The notes beneath the pieces are model-generated. The model was not told the DNA's origin. It did no database searches and saw only the letters and a program-made list of their open reading frames with translations. The position numbers and the translations under genes were made by a program. DNA of 63,621 nt, counting the filler, from Octopus bimaculoides (taxonomy: Eukaryota), in assembly GCF_001194135.2 (NCBI RefSeq). It is 5 parts of 4 records of this genome, joined end to end, with 100 filler letters (N's around TTAATTAATTAA, not from the genome) between each part and the next. Parts side by side here need not be neighbours in the genome. Positions count along the whole stretch, not along the records: positions 5,171 to 27,873 come from NC_068993.1; 4 more parts are not named here. One strand, written 5' to 3'. This document shows, in pieces, positions 11,181-22,110 of the stretch (within the stretch, counting starts at the first letter, position 1; the number at the start of each line of letters is the position of its first letter).

Positions 11181-12531
11181 AAATTTTGAAAGAAAATCTA
11201 TTGCGTCCATGTTTTATAGTAGTATAGATTTATAATGTTAAAGGGTTAATTTGTTACAAATTACTTTTTTTTTATATATAAAATGTAAATTTCTGCATTC
11301 TTATATTGATGCACATAGTTCCTTTTGTGCATCCGTGTGTTGTGAGACAGTGCTGCTACATATGCATTCATTACAAACTTCATCTAAAAGGAACAATCCA
11401 GTAGATCGTCATCCTCTCACCAGTGCACTGCAGTCACTATTTCACAGCCTGTGTGATAAACCATTCCATGTTGAAGTGCGTGTTGTAAACTGCCCTCCAC
11501 ACAAATATGATATATTTAGAGCATTGGATTTGTAATCTCAACTGGGTGGTCTACTGCCTACCTAGGTGTCATAAATATACTTCATTAGGGCTGGCCGTGA
11601 CTTAACAAGAGCAGTAGGTATAGTCAAATTAAAATCACATACATGCGCAAGGAATTAAATGTAAAGAAGCCAATCACTAGTATAAAAAACATTGTAAAGG
11701 AAGCTGAATTTCAAGTTGTGATATTCATGCCTTTTATAATCTTGTTAGTGACAAAATTTGTGGTTACTTATAAGGAAATTACTTATTTGTATGTGTTGTT
11801 GCAAATTTTTCATTGATTTGACCCAGTCAAAGGGGCAGTGTCCATGGCCTTGACAGACTATCCAAGACTGATGAAGAACATCAACATTATTGATGTTCTC
11901 TTTGAACTATTATAGGGATGACATGAACAGGGAAAGAATTTCAGAGGATTGTCATAATGGGGGGAGGAAGGATGGGACATAATGGTTAGTATAACACCTG
12001 GGATGTGGACATAATATGGGTGATGGGAGGAGTAGCTAAAGAGAAGAAGACATGTTTGTGAGTGAGAGGTCGAAGGATGTTGGAGATATCTTGATATCAA
12101 CTAGTCAGGTGACCTTTCTGTAGCTACTATTTTTATCCTTTAGCATTCAGACTCTTTTGTTAAATGTATTGCTAATTTATTCACATTTTGTATTAGTCAT
12201 GCTTTACCTTGTAGCTTTGAGATTTTGAAGAGGTAACTGTTAATTAAAGAATGATATTGTAAGGTTGGTATGAGAGTTCACATATGGCCAGTTTGAACAT
12301 AAAACAGAGAGAATATTTGGGCTGGATATGGCCACTTTAAATGCTAAAGGGTTATGTTATCTCTGTATAACTGCAGTAGTCTGTCAAAGAACCAACATTG
12401 TGTCCCAGTCGTAATGTTTGCTTTTTTAATTTTCTATTTCAGTTCTCTCATTGCATTGTTGACCAACTGTTACTGAAGGCATACTTCAATGTAAATAGCA
12501 AATCCATGCCTGTCTCTCACACAGGACTGTC

Positions 12532-13062
12532 ATGATTGCCAATTCTGATGAGATAGTCCTACGCCAGCCTCCAGTTGCTTCAAAGATGACAATTCTTCCA
12601 TCTCAAATACTTCCAGATCCAGATCTTCAGGTTTCACCATTCAAGAAAGGAATTTTGCGTAAGGAAGCAAACCGTCCAAAATCACATTCCAATGTACGAT
12701 TTAATTTGAAAAGTCATCCCCTTGCAGACCTCAGTAGTAGTAGCAGCAGCAGCACTGGTACTCCTGCTGAGTTCAGTAGTAGTAGTGGTGGCTCTGGTAC
12801 TCCTGCTGAGCTCTGTAGGAATGATAGTGAGGTGGCTGCAACTTCTGAGTCTTCTCTTACATCTCAGGAACAAAGTTTTAACACAAACATACCACATCCT
12901 GCTGACAGTTGTCCTGTAACTGATGTTCCCCTTATTGCACTCAACAGTTCCCAGCACATTTTACATAAAATTCATGTTTTGGCACGGAATGATGAAGCCC
13001 ATGTCATTAAAGAACTCCAGCGCCAGTTAAATATTGATAAAAAGAAAGAAATAAACGAAAAA
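12532..13062 (+). CDS. PPP1R35: PPP1R35 (protein phosphatase 1 regulatory subunit 35, centriolar) coding exon 1; the exon may start at the acceptor ending 12524
   Basis: Open frame from ATG 12532 to a perfect phase-0 donor AAA|GTAAGT (GT 13063-64). Contains VRF (cf. human RQVRF) and PLIALNSSQHIL..KELQRQL (cf. human MPVLKSSLAL..VEEQL). Upstream acceptor tgtctctcacacag|G at 12524/5. Confidence 0.85.
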
Positions 13063-13346
13063 GTAAGTTCCAGATATTTTTGTTGTTATCGTTATTGTTG
13101 TTTGGCAAAACTGTTACTGTTAGGGAAAATGCTTTGCAGCATTTGTTGCTGCTCCTTATATTCTCAGTTGAAATCCTGTCAAAGTCAACTTTGCCTTTTA
13201 TCTATTCAGTGTCAATGAAATAAAAAAAAAACAGTCAAATCCTGGGCTCAATATAATTGACTTTCCCTCTCCTCTCAAATTGCTGGCCTTGTGCCTTAAT
13301 TAGAAACCATTATGATTAATATTATTATTATCTTTATTATTAGGAA

Positions 13347-13710
13347 GGCAGTGAGCTGGCAAAATTGTTAGCATGCTGGGTAAAATGCTTCGTGGCATTT
13401 CCTCCATCCATGTCTGAGTTCAAAGGTCAACTTTGCTTTTCATCCATTTGGGATCAATAAAATAAATACCAGTTGAACACTGGGGTCCTGAAAGTGTTGG
13501 CCTAGAATTATTAGAGAATCAGAGAAAATGGTTTGCAGCATTCAGTTCAGCTCTTTACACTCTGAGTTCAAATCTCTTTGCGATCAACTTTGTTTTTCAT
13601 TTTTCGGAGGTCAATAAAATTAACAATCACATGAGTGCAGGGGGTGTATTGTCAAATTCCTTTTTTAGGTTCTGAGTTCAATTTCTGGTGTAACTGACTT
13701 TGCTTTCATA
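13347..13710 (+). mobile_element. Cluster of decayed SINE family 1 copies in PPP1R35 intron 1
   Basis: Repeated ctgagttcaa..gtcaactttgc(t)tttcat..gtcaataaaat motifs. Confidence 0.75.
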
Positions 13711-15139
13711 ATGCTGCAATGGCTAGGGATATCAAGGCCCTAACCAAGGTATTTTGAATTGCATCTCTTATACCACTCAATCCATCAAGACTGCCCTCTC
13801 TCCTCTCTGTTTTGATATGCAGTAGTTACTATACCAAGGGTCTGACAGGGAATCTGATTCAAACTGGATCTCCAGGTTGAAGGTGGGTGGGGACTGAAGA
13901 AGGCTTGCAAGAAGAATGGCCAATCTCCTCAGAAATGAATTGTGAAAATCTGACCTTAAAAGATGAGGCAGAGACGTCTAATGCCTGCATTGCTTGTTAG
14001 TGTACTGTCAGTGATTGCCGTGCCTTGTACTTAACCACTTTCGAGTACACCTTGTACTTTTCTGTACTTCAGTTTGACTTGTAATCCTAATAGTGAAGGA
14101 AACCTTTTACTACTGCTTTTCTTATTGTAGGTTACCTCCAACTCAACCCTGATCAACTAGAATTTTTATCAATGACATGCCAACTGTGAACATCATGTCT
14201 TTATAGTATTTTACTGACTACACTTGTCCAATGTTTCCTTGTAATGTTAATAACAAGATTTCCACTGTTTATAATATCTGTGATGAAAGGCTATTTGATA
14301 GGAAAGAGATGTTTAGTTCGAGTGAATTGGTTCATATGTGACTGTGCAAGTTCTGTGTATCAGCAATGATAGTGGATTGTTGAAGACATTGAATTTCTGA
14401 GCCAAAGTTGAGTAGCATAAGTTCCTGCAATAAGCTGTCTTTAGTTGTCTCAGGTCCACTGATCAGCTACCAAGTAAACCATCTATATATAACCATGGTC
14501 TGTCAAAGAAAAGGTGTCAATGACAAAATTGTTAAGGACTTCTCAATCTATTGTTTACAAAAGTTAGGATTCTGCTGGGTTTATTGTATTTTTACTGGTC
14601 AGCCAGCTACTGAAAAAAATAAGTTCTTTATGTATCTTCCAGAAACCTTAATGGCTAGTTGCTTGTTGGCCTCATCAATTCTCAACGAAATCCTATTTTT
14701 GTATTACAATTATTTTTACATTTGAACACAATGATTAGGGTTCAATTCTTAAACAGTGAGATGGTGTTTGAACTCTGTCCATATTCCTGCTACATATCCA
14801 TCAAATGTTTTGTTTGATTGATGACTTCTTTACCTTTGGTTAATGCCAAATGATTAACCATGGATACTGAATAATAGCTACAGCAGCAACAACAAATAAG
14901 CTGTTAAAAATAGCAACCAATTCTTATTCAAATTACACCCTATAATCTTTAAAAAGGCAGGACACACTGGATATTATTTTGGTTCCACTTACATAATATG
15001 GGGTTATAGTACAATACTAGTTTCAATTATGGCGAAAAGACTGGATGGTCATGGCTGAAATTCTTTTGATCATAAATCTGCTTGATTAGGACTGACATAG
15101 GGTTAAACAATAGCAAAAATAACAAACATTATGCCCACA

Positions 15140-15410
15140 GGCATATGGTGTAGTGGTTAAGAGTGCGGGCTACTAATCCTAAGATTCTGAGTTCGATTCC
15201 AGGCAGTGACCTGAATAATAATAATAATAATAATAACATCTAAAAATACCTTAGGAATGAGAACCCAGGTTCAAAATTTCCCCCAAGACACTTGATGAAG
15301 GCTGGAGGGTATATCAACCGAAACGTGTTAACAACAAACAAGATGAGGACAAATATCCATCAAATGTAAATAATGTACATAATTCTTCATCTCTTAAATA
15401 TAGAATTGAA
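15140..15410 (+). mobile_element. tRNA-headed SINE with a hammerhead-like 3' module
   Basis: Head with A-box TGGTGTAGTGG and B-box GAGTTCGATTCC, then an (AAT)n spacer, then ACAC-TTGATGAA-GGCTG..CAACC-GAAACGTGT at 15288-15328. Confidence 0.7.
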
Positions 15411-15839
15411 AAATAACAAATATTTACTCAACACTGTTTTTAATATCTCTCCATGGCAATTAGGAGGAAAATAGCTCTATAGAAACTATATCATTCCCAT
15501 ATACAATCATAATACACCATTCCATTTTATCATTATATTGTACCATTATAGCATTAAATTACAGTATTCCATTAAACTATACCAATCCATTATTCCATTA
15601 CACCATTCCATTATATCATTATATTATAGTATTCCATTATGCAAAAGCAATAAATACTTACAGACATTGAAATCTGGGATGAAACAATGAGGAATCCACT
15701 ACATAATTGTTCAATCAGCTAGAAATGACAGCTAAACCTCCTTCAAATCACACTCTACTATGTTAAATAAAAAAGAAGATACTGGATAATTTGACCCTAA
15801 ATACACTGAATGTCAATAAAAAAGTTGTCATTCAATACA

Positions 15840-16002
15840 GGCACAGGCACGGTTGTATAGTAAGAAGCTTGCTTCCCAACCACATGGTTCAGGGTTCAGT
15901 CCCACTGTGTGGCACCTTGGGCAAGTTTTTTCTGCTATGGCCTTGGACTGACCAAAGACTTGTGAGTGGATTTGGTAGTTGGAAACTGAAAGAAGTCCAT
16001 TG
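15840..16002 (+). mobile_element. tRNA-derived SINE family 2
   Basis: ggcacaggc..taagaagcttgcttcccaaccacatggttcagggttcagtccc..ccttgggcaag; second copy at ~28497-28640. Confidence 0.75.
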
Positions 16003-16685
16003 TATGTGTGTGTATATATATATATATATATATCATCATCATCATCATCATCATCATCATTTAATGTCCGTTGTCCATGTGGGCATGGGTTGGATGGTTT
16101 GACAAGGGCTGGCAGGCTGGAAGGCTGCACATGACAGTTAAAAGAAATAACACAGATCTATGAAAACTACACCATTCCATGCAGGTCCACTCTGACACCT
16201 CAACACCACTTTTATCTCTGTCCAGCTCTACTCCAGTTACTACAACCTCTCTTCTATAATGTGAGTAGCCATGTGGCTCCTCTACAGCAAGAAATTTGTT
16301 CTGTTCTGGCCTTTTCTTTCATACCTTAGCCTCTCATCCTCTAGCATAAAGCTGCTTACCTCGCTATTATAATCCCATCTACTTGAAGAGGATCTTAGAT
16401 GCAAGCTGCATGGTGATCTCACAAGTGTTAGTGCCATGAAAGTACACAATATACTCTGTGAAGAGGTTGGTGTTAGGAAGGGCATCCAGCTACAGAATCT
16501 ATGTCAACACAAACATTGGAGCCCAATACAGTCCTCAGGCCAGTTAGATCCTATCATATTGTCCAAGTCATGCCAGCATGGAAGAGAAGTATTAAAACAC
16601 GATGATGATATTGATTGAAATTTGTTGATGGTAAAGTTATAATTTTTTTTTAAACTTAAAATAATTTCCTGTTCTATGTTTACAG

Positions 16686-16799
16686 GCAGCTTCTAAAGTG
16701 GACTACAAACCTGATAGTGTTTTATACCAAAACCTCATCAGTTTAGACGTTCCTATTGTGTGTGTGAAGAAAAAAAAGAAACCAGTTGTTAAAAAGAAG
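16686..16799 (+). CDS. PPP1R35: PPP1R35 coding exon 2 (AASKVDYKPDSVLYQNLISLDVPIVCVKKKKKPVVKKK)
   Basis: Acceptor gttctatgtttacag| and donor AAG|GTAGGT; 114 nt, phase 0-0. LYQNLISLDVP aligns by eye to human LFRDLVSLQVP. Confidence 0.88.
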
Positions 16800-16859
16800 G
16801 TAGGTGGGTTTTGGTTGTCTTTTTCTGAAATAATATCCATTTCTACTCTAAGCACAAGG

Positions 16860-17046
16860 CCTGAAATTTTGTGGGGAAGGAGCTAGTTGATTATATCAAC
16901 CCCAGTACACAACTGGTACTTCATTTATTGATCCTGAAAGGATGAAAGGCAAAGTTAACCTCAACAGAATTTGAACCCAGAATGTAAAGACAGGCGAAAT
17001 ACCACTAAGCATTTTGTCCCACTTGCTAACAATTCTGCCAGCTGCC
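16860..17046 (-). mobile_element. SINE family 1, antisense copy in PPP1R35 intron 2
   Basis: Reverse complement of the family 1 head and body; begins ~60 nt after the exon 2 donor. A second decayed antisense copy lies at ~17090-17230. Confidence 0.8.
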
Positions 17047-18579
17047 TTCTTTTCAAATAATATCAATGCTACATATTGCTTAAAACCAGAAATTTGTTGG
17101 GGTTCAGTACAGTCAGTTATTGACTTATATTTTATTTGATCAACTCTGGAAGGATGGTAGACAAAATTGAACTCAGAACATAAACAACTAGATATTTTGT
17201 CTGGTGCTCTAACAGTTGTGCCCTTAAATCACCTTTATTTGAAATTATTTTGACATGGTGGATGTCGAGTCAGTTGAATCGACTCCAGTATATGACTGGT
17301 TAGACTTTCTCTTAGTTTTTCAGCTCCTGTCAAGTGTAGGCCATCAGTTATATATGCCTTGTATAGGCTACCATCAAAATCCACCCTTCAAAATCCTACC
17401 ACCCTTCAAGATCCTCTTCTGCAGAATCCTTCCTAACAGTTTCTTGCTTCTCTTGAAAATTGCTGAAATAATTTTTGGCCCTCTCAGCTTCAGTTGATAA
17501 TATGAATGCTATTCTTGTGTAGCAGTTATCTTTGCATCTTGAGATCAGAGGAAGTTCCAGCATCTTTAAAAAGGCTTTAACAAGAAGACATCATCAATGT
17601 TTGAGGCAGAGAACCTTCTTTGATCCACAAAAGTGGGTTAATTTGTATTCTCATTGATGTTTTCATAGCAAGAAATATTTTAAAATAGAAAGATGACATT
17701 TGGGAACAGTATCAAGGTACCCAAATGGAAGGAGTCTGCAACAGAGAAAGAGGGAGGAAGAGGTGGTAGAGTGTTTATATCAGGATGTTGGACCTCACAA
17801 AGGAAATAATGAGGAGCTGCCAGGAGTGGTGACATATGTTGGAATGGACCCAACCCTACTATGCCAGCATAAACAAACAGAAGTACACACATATGTATGT
17901 GAAGATGAGATGGTCACAGCCTTTAATCATAGATTAGCTTGATCAGTTGTTTGGCCACAGGGTTGACCAAAGGCTAAATAACCACAACTACAAGTAATTA
18001 CTTTATCGAGTACCCCCTACCCACATATTCCCATCCTTGAATGATAAATGGCCAAGTTTACCTCATCAGAATTTGAACTTTTAACTTAAAAGAAACATCA
18101 GTAATTAAACAGCCCCATAAGTGTGATATGCTTAATTATAGTTGTTCTATGTATGAGTTGGAGTGATCTAATCCTGGGAAGGTAGCATCGTAACAGTAAC
18201 GTGTTATTGATAATGTAACCCTAAATATAACGGATCTCACTCTGGGAAAACAACATGTTCCGGGTGGTGTGTTATGATGGAACTTTATATATGAGGTAGA
18301 CAGAAATCCAGCTCTTGGAAGGCCATTTCTTAAGTGACAGTCTGCTATTATCACAATACAACAATTAGGAGTAATGTACACTGATGATCTGATTACCTGA
18401 TGTGTTTTAGCTTTCGTATTAGTGAAGTGTATTTGGCTGTTATATTGAATGACCCTGTAGATGCTCTCTAACTGGCTTGCTCTATTTTTTATATTCATTA
18501 TTAATTATCATATTTCAGTATGTTACTGTAATTTTACATTTGTATTCTGTTCTCTGATTATCTGTTTTGTTAATTACAG

Positions 18580-18771
18580 ACACAAGAAGCTGTTCCACCA
18601 ATGTTTTATGATAGTGCCAAAGAAAACACTCATGAAGAAAAGGGAAACTTCACACTTCAGGGAATTCCACTGCCACGAGTGAAGCTGCTAAAATCTCCAC
18701 CTCTCTCCGCCTTTACTTTATATCAACACAACAGAGCCTGGGAAGGACTTCTTATTCACAATCACAGTTGA
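18580..18771 (+). CDS. PPP1R35: PPP1R35 terminal coding exon (TQEAVPPMFY...FTLQGIPLPRVKLLKSPPLSAFTLYQHNRAWEGLLIHNHS*)
   Basis: Acceptor tctgttttgttaattacag|, phase 0, TGA at 18769-71. FTLQGIP..F.L...R.WE matches the human C-terminus LTLDGLP..FLMHRTLRRWEA. Not listed in the ORF track in this frame. Confidence 0.88.
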   Translation, partial: TQEAVPPMFYDSAKENTHEEKGNFTLQGIPLPRVKLLKSPPLSAFTLYQHNRAWEGLLIHNHS

Positions 18772-18809
18772 TATATGAGAAGTTTGCAATATTTGATACA
18801 GAAAAAGAT

Positions 18810-19015
18810 GGCAAGCTGACAGAATTGTTACTGTGCAGGACAAAATGCTTAGTGGCATTTTGTCCATCTTTATGTTCTGAGTTCAAATCCTGCCAAGGTC
18901 AACTTTGCCTTTCTTCCTTTTGAGGTCAATAAAAATAAATACCAGTTGAGCACTGGGGTTGATTTAATCGACTTACTCCCTCCCCCAAAATTGTTGACCA
19001 TGAGTCAAAATTTGA
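18810..19015 (+). mobile_element. SINE family 1 inside the predicted PPP1R35 3' UTR
   Basis: ggcaagctgacagaattgtta..ctgagttcaaatcc..ggtcaataaaaataaataccagttgagcactgggg; starts ~40 nt after the stop codon. Confidence 0.8.
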
Positions 19016-19184
19016 AACTAATATTTATACAGAATAAAATTTATTTTCTTCATTTTCTTACTCGACCCATAACTCAATATATTTTATAATCAAAGTTTTC
19101 ATATTTAATTTATCTTTGTATAGAATCTTGTTTTGTTTTGTTTAATAAAAATTGTTTTAATATATAAATGTGTATTATTTGTAC

Positions 19185-19190
19185 AATAAA
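19185..19190 (+). terminator. Probable PPP1R35 polyadenylation signal
   Basis: AATAAA directly preceded by TGTAC and followed by a GT-rich tract at ~19213-19230. Other AATAAA occur at 19033 and 19144. Confidence 0.45.
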
Positions 19191-19259
19191 TGAGTCTATT
19201 ATGTGTAGACTATGTGTGTGTTGTGTGTAAAATATGTGTGCTTTGTTTGTGCAATAAGC

Positions 19260-19540
19260 TACAAAATTCTTCGATTCTCTTGATTTCCTGTAATTCAGAC
19301 CATTTCATGGTCCCAGCAGACAAAATGGAGACAGTGTTCCCCCAGAGGATGGTGAGGGAAGTGTGCTGGAACAACCACTCCGACTCTCAGGGCTTGCATT
19401 TGCAGATAACCATCTCCGTCCTGATAGCAGTGAGCAGGGATATGTCCAGGGGCTGAAAGCACCAAAGGTCTCCACTGCCACAGGCTCAACCATAAATCTA
19501 TCAGAGAGCGTCCCTAACATGCTATCAAACTGGTGTGTGT
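19260..19540 (-). mobile_element. CRE-like non-LTR retrotransposon C-terminal (RLE) remnant
   Basis: Frameshifted translation LSDRFMVEPVAVETFGAFSP ... ESEWLFQHTSLTILWGNTVSIL, matching the CRE-type PxAVETxG..WLFQRxSxAxxRGN pattern. Confidence 0.6.
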
Positions 19541-20289
19541 ATGTATACATGTTTGTTCAGATTCCATCAAGATCAACTTTACTGTGCATCGTTCTGGGGT
19601 CATTAAAATATAGCAGTCAAGCACATTAGGTCGGGGCAATCAACTAACCCCAACCCCAAAATTTTTACCTTGTGCTTTTGTTGGAAACAATTCCTTATTA
19701 AATAACAATGAGGAACATATCTTTTATTCAATCAATCCCTTCCAATGTTACTGGCCACAAGTAATTGACTATAAAACTGAAAATTCATCTATTAACATAT
19801 AAATTGCAAACTCCTTCACTTGGCATTTTTTATGTGCCACCGGCACATATGCTGGTACGGTGACGCTGGCAATGATCACACTCGGTGGCACTGGCAACAA
19901 CCATGCTCAAATGTTGTTTTTCACATGCCACCAGCATGTAAGGTGACATTGGTTACATGCCGGTAAGGTGACACTGGTTACAATCACGCTGAAATGGTGC
20001 TTTTTACGTGCCACCGGCACTGCAATTAAGGAGTTCTTGATGAGTGCAGCTAGGGATTGTGGTTGAGAAGTTTGCTTCACAACCACCTGGTTTCATGTCC
20101 AATGCCACTTTGTTGTAACCAAAGCTTTGTGAATGAAATTTCTTAAACACCAACTATATAGTCATAATTGGAACACCTTCACACAGCTGAGGTGGGGCTT
20201 GACAGGACAATGCCATAAACAGTAGCCAAGTATTTGTTTACTTAACACCCTCATATACAAACTCTTTATTATTTATTTGTATTGTATAT

Positions 20290-20525
20290 AGGGTTGAGTG
20301 TGGTCGTTGCCAGAACCACCTGACTGGCCCTCGTGCCAGTGGCACGTAAAAGCACCCACTACGTTCTCAGAGTGGTTGGCGTTAGGAAGGGCATCCAGCT
20401 GTAGAAACTTTGCCAGATCATATTGAGCCTGGTGCAGCCTTCTGGCTCACCAGTCCTCAGTCAAACTGTCCAACCCATGCCAGCATGGAAAGCGGATGTT
20501 AAACGGCGATGACGATGATAATGAT
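20290..20525 (+). mobile_element. RTE-type LINE/SINE 3' tail
   Basis: ggcgttaggaagggcatccagctgtagaaac..ccatgccagcatggaa..(GAT)n tail; further copies at ~16400-16612 (+), ~16045-16120 (-) and ~57380-57500 (+). Confidence 0.6.
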
Positions 20526-20939
20526 GAAGAAACCACCACTATCATACACACACACACACACTGAAGTGATACAATTAAAAATATACCTAAGGTCTTTTTT
20601 AATTTCTTTTATTAAACTTCCATTTCTCTGCTATGAAAATAAATTACTTCATTCTGCATCAACAGAGGACATTAAACAGTTTCATGAGATAAANNNNNNN
20701 NNNNNNNNNNNNNNNNNNNNNNNNNNNNNNNNNNNNNNNNNNNNNNNNNNNNNNNNNNNNNNNNNNNNNNNNNNNNNNNNNNNNNNNNNNNNNNNNNNNN
20801 NNNNNNNNNNNNNNNNNNNNNNNNNNNNNNNNNNNNNNNNNNNNNNNNNNNNNNNNNNNNNNNNNNNNNNNNNNNNNNNNNNNNNNNNNNNNNNNNNNNN
20901 NNNNNNNNNNNNNNNNNNNNNNNNNNNNNNNNNNGGGGG

Positions 20940-22110
20940 GGACAGTAATTTAATTATTCCCTCTGCAATACAAGCCTTAAGAATTCTGCTGGTGAATGTG
21001 ACCAAGGGATCTTTCTGATTTGGCGAGCGCCACTTGTTTTCTTAACGAAACACTTTCAAACTTGGGACACTGGTAGAATGTGTCATATAAAACATCTTTT
21101 ACTCTTAGTGTTATTGATAAAATTTTATCTTTTTAAAGTTATTTCGTGTTAAAATTGTCGTATTTCGGTAATTTCAACCAATCACTGACGTCTATTGAGG
21201 TGAAAACAATTACTGCTGTGGAATGTAAACAACACGTTGTGTGGTGTAATGGGATCTTTTCCCTTGGGTAAAATTAGTGCCATTGTTTGTCAACAACAAC
21301 TATTGGAGGTACTGTTATTTATGACATCGTTCGTACGTTTGTACTGGTTTTAGCTTTAGGGTTCGGGTTTTAGAGTTAGGGCTAGAGTTATGAGCATTTT
21401 GGCAAAAATACTCATAACGCTAACCCTAACACTAGCTCTAAAACCCGAACCCTAACCCTAATCCTAACCCTAACCCTAACCCGAACCCTAACCCTAAAAC
21501 CCTAAAGCTAAAACCAGTACAAACGCACGAACGATGTCATAAATAACAATACCGCCAATAGTTGTTGTTGACAAACAACGGCACTAATTTTATTCAAGGG
21601 AAAAGATCCCATTACACCACACAACGTTTTGTTGACAATCCATAGCAGTAATTGTTTTCACCTCAATAGACGTCAGTGATTGGTTGAAATTACCGAAATA
21701 TGACAATTTTTAACATGAAATAACTTCGAATACAAATTTTTTTATCTGTTCTATAACACAAAATATACAAGTATACGAAGTTTGAAAGTTTTTCGGTAGA
21801 AAACACACTAAATAAAACACAAGTAAAAAGTGGGGCCCGCCAAATCAGAAAGATCCTGGCCAAGACATTATTGTCAACAGTAATCTGCTTTGGGCGAACC
21901 ACATTTCTAAAAATCACCAAAAATGCCGAAAGTGTCTTAGCATCACTCAGTAAGACTTTTGTTAGCCACTCATCAACTATTTATTTAAATTTATGTATGG
22001 CTATGGTATGTCCACACGTAGACTTTACATCTCCAGTTTGAAATCCCAATCTAGTCCAGAATATTGATCTACCGTCCAGAGACGTACAACCAGACGAATA
22101 CCTTCTGACA
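20940..22110 (+). mobile_element. CR1-type LINE RT C-terminal fossil split by the MITE at 21007-21856
   Basis: Removing the MITE and one TSD restores GECDQDIIVNSNLLWANHISK...CPHVDFTSPV-NP..VQRRTTR. Confidence 0.7.
21007..21856. mobile_element. Merlin-like telomeric-hairpin MITE, copy 3 (ungapped, 850 bp)
   Basis: GGATCTTTCTGATTTGGCG / CGCCAAATCAGAAAGATCC termini; 8-bp TSD TGACCAAG / TGGCCAAG (7/8). Internal arms ~21125-21400 and ~21410-21725 are inverted, with TTAGGG then CCCTAA tracts around a central gttatgag..ctcataac hairpin. Confidence 0.9.

Noticed and set aside
13063-13218. C-terminal 51 aa of the 228-aa ORF 12532-13218 (VSSRYFCC..)
   Set aside because: Intron read-through past a perfect GTAAGT donor; homology continues in the exons at 16686 and 18580.
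15140-15211. tRNA gene
   Set aside because: A and B boxes are present but the acceptor and anticodon stems are imperfect and it runs into a repeat body; it is a SINE head.
19363-19629. Plus-strand 88-aa ORF as an extra PPP1R35 exon
   Set aside because: It lies beyond the stop and poly(A) signal, and the opposite strand explains it as a CRE-like retroelement remnant.
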